Shown here piece after piece: positions 11,701 to 23,700 of a DNA stretch of 64,000 bases. Location of the stretch: NCBI GenBank assembly GCA_047495785.1, contig JBLDXI010000011.1, positions 1,116,001-1,180,000 of the forward strand. Reading direction: 5' to 3'. Both the position numbers and the translations under genes were made by a program. The stretch's first letter is position 1, and each line of letters begins with the position of its first letter. Origin of the DNA: Lepidodermella squamata. Its lineage: Eukaryota; Animalia; Gastrotricha. The notes beneath the pieces were generated by a model, which searched no databases, was not told the DNA's origin, and saw only the letters and a list, made by a program, of their open reading frames with translations.

Positions 11701-14700
11701 AAAAGTGTGATAAGTAACAAAAATTATACCACGCCGCTATACGGATTTCCTGCTAAATGGCTTATATCGGACACTAGTGTAACCTCGAGAAATTAAATAC
11801 GACCATTATTTTTTTTATTTGAGATTACGCCATTTCGGGAATTTGAACAAACAAGTGAAATTAGCATGTCATTTCTACGCCTATTAACATCAGGCATACA
11901 TATCGCTAGCGTCGTTGAATAACTCGGATTTAGGCTTGTTTACATCCGTTTCAAGGTCCCGGATGACAAGTAAAAAGCGGATTTTTAAGTATGAATGAAG
12001 AGGCAAAGACAGAACACTTTTCATTTGTCATCTATCTCTGTGAACAAGCCTAAATCCGAGTTATTCAACAACGCTAACGATATCACGGACGTAAACAAGC
12101 TCAAGGCTTAATCAACGACGCGAACTAAAAGATCTGAGCGAAAATTATTTGCACGATTTTCAGCATTTAAATGATGTCAATTAAATGTTGACCAAAGTTG
12201 TTAAGCCACCATTCTGTCAATTCACGAGCCTACATCGCCATCTGAAAGGCTCTTGCCTGTAGTAGATCAGAAAACTCATTTCTTGAGGGAGCGTGAGACA
12301 ACTATTTTCGAGAGTAAATTTGAAGTTTCCAAAACAGCCGTTCCAATTTACCACATTGTTGTCTAAGCAGCAGGGAAAGCTTGGAGAAAGCTTTCTGCCG
12401 GCAACTTCCTCAACCCTCCCCATCTGAATACTCCCATCGCTGGGAAACTCGGTATGTCCCGGATTTATCACCTTCCCTCCGTGATTTTGATCGTGCGATG
12501 CATCGTGTGATCATTTGAGCGTTTCAGAAGAAAAAACTACATGCGTTTTTCATCGGGGAACAAAAATAGAACGCTCAAATGAAAATTGGTTTTCTTTGGC
12601 TGAAAAGCATGAAAGCTGCAGTTTCGCGAATAATCGAGCGATTAGAAAAGTCAGACTTGTCGAAATAGTCGCCAGCGAGATCGCTCCAACTTGCTTAGCG
12701 ATAATCTTTTCAAACGACTATTTGCTATTTGGGAAGACTTTTATTTAGCGTTATAAAATTTTCGAAAAGAGTTGTCTCTCGCTACCTTAAAATATTGAGT
12801 TTTCTGACTTGCGACTTGTCAGCCGTTGATCGCATGTTGATCGCTCATCAGGCTCATTATCAAAAAAACAGGCGATAGTCCTCTTTCAAACGAACCTCGT
12901 GAATACTTAACAAATTCTAAGAAATGAGAGGAACAACTTCGGTCAACATTTACTGGATATACAGTATAATCTCGATATTAAGGCCTTCCCATTCTGTCTG
13001 AATTGCTTCCTTTGCTAATTTGTCGCGGCTAACACTTGTTATCATGTAGCTGTATGTTCGCCAACGTGCGACAACAATGGCAACTGCACAGCTCCAGATA
13101 CTTGCACGTAAGCTACTTCATTAGCGTTAGCTCAACTAACGACAAATCTGCATATCAAGTTGTCCTTCCGGCTGGACGGGTGCCACTTGTTCAACATACA
13201 CATGCACGCCCCTCCTGTGCAAGAACTTCGGTGTTTGCTCGGGCCCGAATCAATGCAACTGTACATCTTCTTGGACCGGGCCGACGTGTCAGATACCGGT
13301 TTGCGCAGCCGGTTGCGATAATGGCGGAACTTGCACTTCACCAGGCATTTGCACGTGCACGTATGCTTGATAAATCTGAGTTTATAAAAGTTGAATTCAA
13401 TCATGTTTGCAGCCCATCATGGATGGGACCTACATGCAGCTCTCGTAAGGCCCGTTTGGGATTTCGTTTAATAATGCTCTAACTTTCACCCTAGCTAATT
13501 GCATTCCTGCGTGCCAAAATAATGCTACCTGCGTGTCTGGAAAATGCATGTAAATGAAAACCTTTTCCCCCCGTTTGGTCATGTTAATATTTGCCAAATT
13601 CATGCAGTTGCCTAGCTGGATATACCGGAGCACAATGTCAAACTCCAATATGCGACAACGCGTGTTTGAATGGCGGCACTTGCTCGGCTCCAAATACCTG
13701 TACATGCACGTAATGATGAAAATTTTCTTAAACTTGAATTGCATAAGTATGATCCATCTTGCTTGAAAATCAGAATTCAACGGACTGGTCCGACTTGTGC
13801 TCAATGTGAGTCCTTCGGGTCTCAAATATTTATTGGAAGTTAATTGATTTATTTTTTCCTTTTCCCCAAAGTCTCTTGCACGCCAACCTGCAAAAATGGC
13901 GGCAGTTGCACTGGTTACAACACTTGCACGTAAGTTTGACATTTGAAAAACACTGCAAACTCAAAATGTGAATTGTGTTGTTTTTTTAGATGTCCTCCTG
14001 GGTATACGGGAGCATCGTGCCAGACGCCGATTTGTACTCCAACGTGCAAAAATGGTGGTAGCTGCATAGCCCCCAATAACTGCTCATGCGTGTACGAAAT
14101 CTCTGAATCATTATTGTTTTAATTAAATTGGTTACAACTCAGAGCTGGCTGGACCAATGCGACTTGCGACGTTGGTATGTTATGAAAACTGATTATCTAT
14201 TGATTCAAGCTTATGCTTTCTTACAGCAATATGCGAACCGGATTGCATGAATGACGGTGTTTGCTATCAACCGAACACGTGCAAGTAATTGAATCTGCTT
14301 TAATGTGAAGCTTGTTTACGAATTGTTCGGAATTGTTTCATATAGCTGCTCGTCAATCTGGTCCGGAAACATCTGTCAATGGCCAGTTTGCAAACCGGCT
14401 TGCGTTCATGGAAACTGCACTTTCAACACTCCTGAAAACACTTGCACCTGCGAGTGAGTCGTATTTGACGGGAAGCTTTCTTCTATATAACAGTATTCTT
14501 TCAACAGACCCGGCTGGGAAGGAGTGGATTGCAACATACGTAAGACTGAGGAGATGCCACCTTAATGGATTTCGAAATGCATTTGAAACAGCAATCTGCA
14601 CTGTACCTTGCCAAAACGGTGGAACATGCATTCTTCCTGATACTTGCGAGTATAATATTTAAAGCCGATTCCTCTGCAATCCGTCTAGCTTTGCATTTTT

Positions 14701-17700
14701 TACAGTTGTACCGCAACCTTTGACGGCGTTGGCTGCAAATTTCGTAAGCTTGAGAAAATGCCTTGTAGACCATCGCAATAATCCTGGTTTCAATCCAGCG
14801 CGTTGCACCCCTCAGTGCAAGAATGGCGGGACTTGTCCAGCTCCAGGCTTTGCCTGTACTTGCCTGTAAGCTTAAATTTTCCTTCGAATGCTTCGCTCTT
14901 AATTCCAACCGATTCAAAGACCTGGCTGGGAGGCTATAGACTGCACTGTGGGTAAGAGATATCAATGTTCCTTTATCGGTAAATAGTAAATTATTTTCGT
15001 TTTTAACAGCGAAATGCAATCAAGTAAGGCGACTTTTGACGGAATGCCTGAATTACTAAGTTTGCGTCGCTTGAATAGGTATGCCTTCATGGAGGAAATT
15101 GTACAGGTAAGAGCCACCACTTTCTTCGCGTTGGCTTTGTTGAAATTGTTTCGGATGTATCCCAATCAAGCTCCTGACGTTTGCACGTGAGTTTGTTCCG
15201 AACTAACAGTCTCACGTAATCTTCGTTTTCTCCTGCGTAGTTGTACGTCTGGTAAATGGAAAGGACCCGACTGTTCAACCCCAATCTGCAGCCCTTCTTG
15301 CAAGAACGGTGGTAGCTGCATTTCGGCAGGAGTCTGCTCCTGCTTGTAAGGACCTGATAAATGCCGAGTACTTGAAAATGATGTTTTGCTCAGACCTGGA
15401 ACCACAGGAACCAGCTGCGAGACTTTTTACTGCACGCCACCTTGTGCCCATGGGACTTGTGGCATCGGCTCGTTTTGCATTTGCGACTTTGGCTACACAG
15501 GGTCAACTTGCAATCAAGGTTCATAGGTTCATTGTCATGTTTCAAACTATCTAACTTGAGTTTCCTTACAGACTATTGCGACCCTTCTTGTCAGAATGGG
15601 GGAACTTGTGTCGCTGGCTACTGCAAATGCCCCGGTTACTGGACAGGATCGGTCTGTACCGATGAAATATGCTCGCCACCTTGTGAAAACGGCGGTACCT
15701 GTCGCGGACAGCAGTGTTATTGTGCTACGGCATTCAATGGGCCCACTTGCAATATTAGTGAGTTATATTTCGGTCGTTGAATGCCTATAAAAATTGAGGT
15801 TCCTAAAAATTTGAAACAACGATTTGCATATGAAATTCTGAGTTCAGATTACTAACTACTATTGCGGCGTTTAAAATTGTGCCTGAATTGGGAAAAAATT
15901 GAAATATTTGCATATGGCATGCATTTGTAGCCAATTTGCAAATTTGATCATCAATTCCGTTTGAATCTTAGCTTGTACCGCGACCTGCCAAAATGGTGGA
16001 ACCTGTGTTGCCGGGGAGTGCAACTGCGCAGCCGGTTGGACAGGAGCCGATTGTTCAACATCACAATGTCCTGCTGGTTTTTGCAAAAATGGCGGAACTT
16101 GCTCAGGTTTGACAAATTTTCGAAAAGATAATATACATCTGAAATAATACTAATTTATTTTATGTGACCAAGGTCCAAATATGTGTGCCTGCCCGTCGCG
16201 TTGGACCGGTGCCAACTGCACGACGCCAAACTGCATCCCAGAATGCGTCTCCGGAAATTGCGTGGACACTGGGTCTGCCAGTGTGTGCACTTGTAAAACA
16301 AATTGGCAGGGAACTTACTGCCAGATTCCTATTTGCAACCCGACTTGTTCGAACGGAGGTGTCTGCCAAATCCCTGGCGGCAGCACTTGTTACTGCGCCG
16401 GCCAATGGACTGGTAAATTGACATTTTTAAAATGCTGCATGATCAAAGTAACGCGAGTATTTTTTAATCCATCGAAGGCCCAAATTGCAACATTCCAGTC
16501 CTTCAAGTTTACGCTGGCAGTTCTGCCTTCACACCTGATGGGTCTTCAGTCTGGACTACGGGTAACATATAAAATTTTCAGGCCAAGAATCGAATACCTT
16601 TTAATAATTATAGACAAACTTCTGGGCAATTTCAACCCCGATACAGTCGATTCAGCTAGTAGGATAGAGTAACATTTTTGAGGCTGCGATGAAACTTTTG
16701 TTAACTCAGGTCTAACTTCCGAAACTTGCTGCCCATGTGACTCTCTTTTAATCGATGGCAACTGTATCTTTCTGAAAGCACTAAATAGCTCGTTGTAAGT
16801 TTTTTTGAAGAGGCAAAGACAAAACGAACTATTTCACTTGAATTCACAAGTTGAATCCTTTTTACAATGTTGATGGATATTGTTTCAGATTCCTCGAAAC
16901 ACCTGTAAATTATGATGCTGCTATTGCGGAATGTGTAAAATATGGTAAGGATTTCAAGCCGAGTAGCATGTCAGGATCATGATCTTATTCTTAGGTGGAA
17001 CCCTTGCTTCGTTCCCCTACGGAAATGCCCAGAAGAATCTCGCTGCATTTTTCTCATGGCTAGCTTCAGATTCGTACATCAACATGCAGAAGTGGCCCGT
17101 AGACTGGTGGAATACGCCAGATGATATCTGCGTATGGATTGGCGTTTATCGCGATAGAGTCGACAAGAAATGGTACTGGGAAAGCTTCCCGCCCGTCGAA
17201 GTGCCAAGTTCGATGTGGGTTCGCTATCAAGACTGGAGCTCGGACCAGTATGCATGCGTGGTTCCCGTAAGTCCTCGCTACTAAAGGATATCCTCTTTTT
17301 GATCAAAATTAAACTCGCAAATCTAGCACAAAGTCTATCCATTGCTGAGAGCTGTTCCCTTGACGAACACCTACCCAGTGGTATGCCAAATGTCCAATCC
17401 ATGTAGCCAGCAATGCAAACAAGGTGACACTCGTATCTTCGATCGTTGCTATTCTCGAGGAGCCGGGACCCCAGTCGATCGGTTGGTTGCTAGCCAGTCT
17501 TGTGAAGCGCGAAATGGAAAGCTATCCGCGGTTCGTCAGCCCTTTGAATTTAACTACTGGGCCTCTGGCTTGTACCCAACAGCGACAGCAATTCAAAACG
17601 GCTGGATTGGCTACAACCATTTGAAATGTAAGCCTTTCTTGATTGGTGATACATGAATAACCGGCTGTTTTAAGCTGACTATATATGGGAGAACGAAAAT

Positions 17701-20700
17701 AAGGCACTGCAACAGCCGTATGATGTAAGATGGGACATTACTACGAACCGGCCGGTTGATCAAACGCAAAACAAATGCACGATGGCTACTTCAAAGGGTT
17801 GGATCGATGTGCCGTGTAGCGGTAATATATTGCCGGCAAACATAGCTTGTCAGAGCCCAGTTATTGACTCGAGACTGCAGGTTGAATTTAGCACTCAGCA
17901 TTCAGTAGCACATTTTCATTCCTCTTTACCAGCCTACAACAACGGCCGCCCCCGCTCCAGCCGTTGTAGTGACGACGACACCAGCCACCACGACGACAAC
18001 TTTGCCGAGTTATTGCGATAGTCCCTGCTCGGCAACACGTAAGTTTAAAATTTAAAGTAAACATGCGTAACAAAAAAGGTAGCGACGAGACCCGAGTTTT
18101 TTGACAAGAAACGAATTATTCTGCTTCGGGCTTCCGCGAGCTGACTTTTTGCTCCATTTCGCATCCTTACCGGAATTCTTAATCTACTTGATAGGTTGAT
18201 ATTTCCAGTTGTAGTGGTTGCACCACAAAAACTGTACTCTACAACACCCATATGTGCAAATATCGGCAAGCGGTCTATAATGGAATGATTGAAACAGTTT
18301 TAGCGTTCACTCCACTACATCAGAAGATACGGGGACATTATGCTTCCATGCAGGATGAAAGTCCGCGTGGTCACGTGGCATGAATAATTAGTTCCGAGGC
18401 GTTGTTTTTCCGTGCTTCGTCGTTTCGTCGTTCTGTCACTTCGTCATTTCATATTTCATACAACAAACTTACGAAAGAAAAAAATGGGTTAAAAGGAGGA
18501 TTCGAACCCGGGACCACTGGGTATGGACCCACAAGGCGAGACCACTGTGCAATAGTGCTGGTTGTCATCCTCTTCCGTCAATTTTATATGCTAAGCAAAC
18601 GCTACAGCTACACATAAGCGTTTTCAGTCAGTCTCAAATAGGAAGGCTCCTATTGTATAGCGGATCCTTCGAATCCTGAAGGTCCCGGGTTCGAATCCTC
18701 CTTTCATCCCATTTTTTTCTTTCGTAAGTTTGTATGAAATGACGAAGTGACAAAACGACGAAACGATGAAGCACGGAAAACACAACGCCTTAAACTATTC
18801 ATGCCACGTGACCACGCGGACTTAGATTCTGCAACATGGGAGCATAATGGCATCGATCCAATGTGGGCAATGGTGATAATTTTATCTCACGAAATCTACT
18901 TATTTGATAACCGACCTATCGTCGAGAGTATTCTGGATCTCTAATTCTAACGATATTTTAGCGCCTTGCCCCCCTGGCTACGTATACAACGCCTGCTGGG
19001 ACAGGTGAGAACATACAGCAAACTTTATATTTGTCATTATGCTGTTAAATTTGTATCTACAGCTGCTACAAAGCTTAGTAAGTTTTTCTATTCATCTCTC
19101 GCTGTCAAGATGAGTCCGTTGCGATTCCGATAGCACCTCGACGGAAAAATACATGACAGCAAATAATAAGTGCTTGGATGATGGGGCTCATCTGTTTGTT
19201 CCCAATACGCAAGAGGAACTGAACGACGTTGTGAAAATGCCTGGTGTAAATCTCAATGACGCACGAGGTTATTGGATCGGTTTGCAGGTTAGATAGAATT
19301 TTTAGTTAGGTGGCAAGATACAAAAATATATTGTTCACAGGACTACATAAAGTAAGGAAATCAATCAGGGGTCAAATTAATTGTACGCGACTACGTTTGT
19401 AGAAAAGTCAATTCAGACTACCGCGCGATGTTGGGTGGTTCAGATCCAGGTAAATATGAAATATGTGACAACACTGATCGGCAGAATAAGTTAACTTTTT
19501 TTCTAATCAGATAACGTTTGGATGTCACTTGATGACCGCATGACTATTCGCCCGCCTTACACTACTGTTACAAGAGGTTCCGATTCCTATTACACAAGCG
19601 CTAGCGCCAGTTGGTTACTTTGGACCGATAATCCCGGCGCGTCTAATGAGGTCACATTCATACGAGGTGATACTGGCAGATGGGCAGTAGAAGTCAATCG
19701 CATTTCTGAGGATAAAGACCGGAGTTACATTTGCGAGGTAGGTTACCTACCCACTTTGGGTGAGGTGCATGAGCGTGTCATTTGTAGTTTGCTATCATTG
19801 CTATCATCCAATTAACTCGGAGGTAGCGTTTCGGGGTTTATAAGTTCAAGTCTCTTTTGTCAGTTTGCGTCCAAGTGCTATTTTAGGGAATCTGGTTGAA
19901 CACAATGAAGCACTGTTAATATGCTGATGATATGATTTATGTCCTTTCAGTACTCCTATGCCTGCAAGCAGTGCGGTGGTACGGTCTATTCAAAATTGCT
20001 AGATTGAATATAATTTTCTTTCAACTTGCCTCAGGATATTTCAAATTTCTCGACAAGTGTTTCCAAAATTGGGGTGTAACTGGATCCAATAATGCTAGAA
20101 ACTGGTGCACCGGTTGGGATCGCGAGAGCAATTTGATCAGTCCGAAAACAGTTGGAATAGCTGCACTGACTCGCTATTATTCGGAAAAATTATCGGGTCC
20201 AGAGAAGGTATGGATCGGAGTCAGGTATATCTCCGGCTCGTGGACTTGGGAGGTGAAGACATAATGTTCCCAACCGATTGTCTGCTCTATTACATTGTTT
20301 CAGGACACTAATCTACCTGTCGATTTCAACACACAAGCTTTTGTGCCGGATAATAGAATAGTTGGATACAATGACTTGGCTTGGGAACGAGGGGATACAG
20401 GAAAGGACGCCCCTGGCGTGCGCGGTGGCTGGGTTAACAACATCCCAGACTCCGGGTATTGCATATGTCAAATAAACTACAAGTTTCTGTACACACCAAC
20501 AACAACAACAACGACAACTTCTACAACGACTACTTCATGCAAGGCAAGTATCAAATCAATTAATTCAAACGCTTGTTACCTCTCTGCATTTTCTAGGATA
20601 AATGCTGCCCTTGTGGTTTCAAGTTTAATCAAAACAACAATAAATGTTACATGTTCTCCACAACTCAGTAAGGGGGATGGTGACTTTTTAGAAGTTATCA

Positions 20701-23700
20701 TGTAAATATCTACTTCAGGAACACTCGGTTACTAGCGATGCAGGATTGCATCAACCGTGGCGCCACATTGGTTTCCTTTGCCAATTCTAACGAAATGCAG
20801 TTTCTCAGTACCGACTCGCAATTCACGCAAGGTCAATACTGGACGGCATTGAGTAAAAGTAAGTATAAATTATACGTTCAATTTCAAGAAGTGAAAACCA
20901 TGATGATTAGATATGTATGGCGTTTGGGCCTGGCCTGATGGCACTGTTCCAGTGAGTTCCATCATTGCAGCCGGCCAATTAAGCTCCAATAGTGACTGCT
21001 ACGGAGCCCTCGTAAAAAAAAGTCCACCAGGTTTGGTTGAGGTTTGCGGGTTCAGTTATTCCAACCAGCCCAACAGTCCTACCCTGAACATGACGGTCGT
21101 ATCACCTAGTTCTAGCCACTGGTACAACTACATCTGCGAAATCGCTAGTCCGTGTCAAAGTAACTTTAACAGCTTTTTTGAAGCTATTACTAAATCTTAT
21201 TGATTGCTATAAGGCTGCCAAAATCCGATTCCAACTTCCGGGCTAAAGCCTTTTTATTCGAACTCTGGTTTTTCGTTGCCGCTGAGAGTTGCTGCGAATA
21301 AATGCATTTGGATTTTCAATGATACTAACGGCAATCGTGCCTACAACGTGAGAGCTTGCAAAGCGGCTGGCTTGGAACCTGTAGCTCTGCTTAATCGTTA
21401 TGAAAACGAAGTGCTCGAACAGTACCTTACTGCTTCAACACAACGTGTTTGGACGGACTTGATTCTGTCCTCGAAAACTAGTATGCTTCACGTTTTGATG
21501 CTTAATCCTAATTTTCACTACCTCTCATTGAAGCACTCTATACCTGGGACGGAGAGTCCAGTTCATACAGCAGATTAGCGGCAGCTCCTACAAACACCTG
21601 GCAACAACCGTGCGCTTTTATTGACAGAACAAATATGAAAATCAATGTCGATGCTTGTGTCAATCCACGATACCCTATTTGCACTGTTCCCTCAGCAACT
21701 TCATGCTCAGGTATACGGTGTTACTTCTCCAAAATTGGGTTACCTCCCATATTTCATTAGATATGTGCCCTGCTGGCTTCAAATGGATATCTAGCAGTAA
21801 AGCAGGCGGTTCCTGCATAAAAGTAGTGCTAAAGTGGGTTGTTCAAACTTTTAAATCTCGAGTTCTCCCATTTCGCCAAATATTCTAGCGAAACTGCAAC
21901 CGATCCGTTGCTTGCACGTCAGCGTTGTTGGGCAATGTTTGCGACCTATGGCTTAGTTTCGATCAACAGTGACGCAGCTCAGGATGAGCTTGCTAGCTAT
22001 CTTAAAAGCTTGTCTGTCCCTGCATCTACTACATTCTGGATTGGGCTCGACAATAGCATGACCAAACAGGGTACAGTTGGTTATGTATCTTACCAGACAG
22101 ACCCCGATAACAGTAAGATATTCTAGAGATATACACTAGCACTTCTGATCGTAATCACTAACAGAGTGGATATGGGACAACAACGATCCCAATTTTCCGA
22201 CTCCCAGCCGATTTTGGAAAACAGGCCACCCTATTAATACGAACGGTTACGCCTATGCTGAATTCAACCCAACTACCCCGACGCTCGTAGCTGTAACTAA
22301 TCCGGCAAGCGGTGGTGCAGGCAGATATTTCATATGCGAACGAACACAGCCGTGTTTAACGTGCGAACCCGGTTGGACGTATTTCAACGGCCAGTGTTAC
22401 AAATATTTGAAATACAACGATGACTACTATTACAATCGACACCGCGGGCTATGCGATTTCTTCGGCGCCTATATGATTACACCGAATACAGGCATCGAAG
22501 ACAGCTTCTATCGGACGGTCATCTCCAGGACCAATCAACCCTACCTGTTCTACTTTGGACTTTATCGAACGCGTTTTCCGCTACTAGCTGTTACGCCTCT
22601 CTGTAAGCATATTAAAACGCTCTTCAACTTACGATGAAGAAAAATGTGCCCCGCAGATAGGGCAGATAGATAAGTAATTATCGTGTTCGATAAGTACTTG
22701 TTCACAATTGAAATATCAACTAAGCTTGTTGGTAATTTGAAGTGCTTTTATTATTTTGTCAGACATTTTGACTGTTATCTTCAATCGGCATTAGCAAGGA
22801 TTATTCGCATTTGGAGTAAACAACGCTGCCGTTCAATTGCTTTCATGCATCTCGGTTCTTGACGCACTTTCTCAAAAGACCTTTTTTATTATTTGCAAAC
22901 TTCTATTCAGAAATACAGATCTAAAATTTTGTAGAGTTTAAAATCGATCGAAGCTCACTGAAATCGAAAAGGGTATTTTTCTAACCATGAAAACTTTCTA
23001 AATATCTTTAAAATCAGTTGCTAACCTGTTACTGTGAATTCGTTGAGGATCTAGGCGTTACATTAAATTGATCAAAATACTTTGGTCTTGCGAATTTCAT
23101 TTTAGCTTTGAAGTAAATAAGTGAATATTTTATGAAATGTAATGCCGCGGAAATTTATTTAAACCTAGTTATTGACTCGTTGCTATGAAAAATGATGAAC
23201 ACCGAATATACGAGTTAAAACCGGTATGTTTAAAACTGAAAATAGATACTAGTGAACCCTGCTTTTCAGTTTTCAATCTTGACCAATCCAACTTTAAATG
23301 CGAATAATCCTTGCTAATGACTACGTAGATAAGTTGAAAAAACAGTAGCGTCAGACAGAACAATAGAAGCGCGAGAAATTACAAACAACCTTATTTCAAA
23401 ACATCTTCTCATCCTAAATATCGACTATATGTCACTATTTTCCTAGCATGGTTTGACTACGATGATGGTACTACTCTGGCCGATTGGCAGTTCGCGAACC
23501 TAGGTTATAGGGAGCCCAACATGGCGTGGACTAATGATAATGTGGAACCAGTATTCGGTCTGTATTACGGAGATGCGTCAGTATGGTCCGACATACAATA
23601 CTACTTCACGGCGAGGGATGCTGTTTGTGAGAAAAGCGCTAAGCCTTTTTCAAACTCATGCCCAAGAGGTTAGTTTTTTAATAGGATTTTCTCTTTGAAA

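Larger units (their letters stand above)
11524..16500 (+). other. Tandem EGF-like repeats (~21)
   Basis: Repeated C-x3-C-x-NGG-x-C...C-x-C-xx-G-W/Y-x-G-xx-C, e.g. YCDPSCQNGGTCVAGYCKCPGYWTGSVC. Confidence 0.9.
16710..23640 (+). other. Eight C-type lectin-like domains with Thr-rich linkers
   Basis: CP.G...CY / C...G..L / WIG(L) / W.W.DG / YICE motifs repeat eight times. Thr-rich linkers at ~17932-18000 and ~20493-20535. Confidence 0.8.

Noticed and set aside
18495-18559. Functional tRNA-Met gene
   Set aside because: The acceptor stem does not pair, the anticodon loop is short, and it is embedded in a TIR element.
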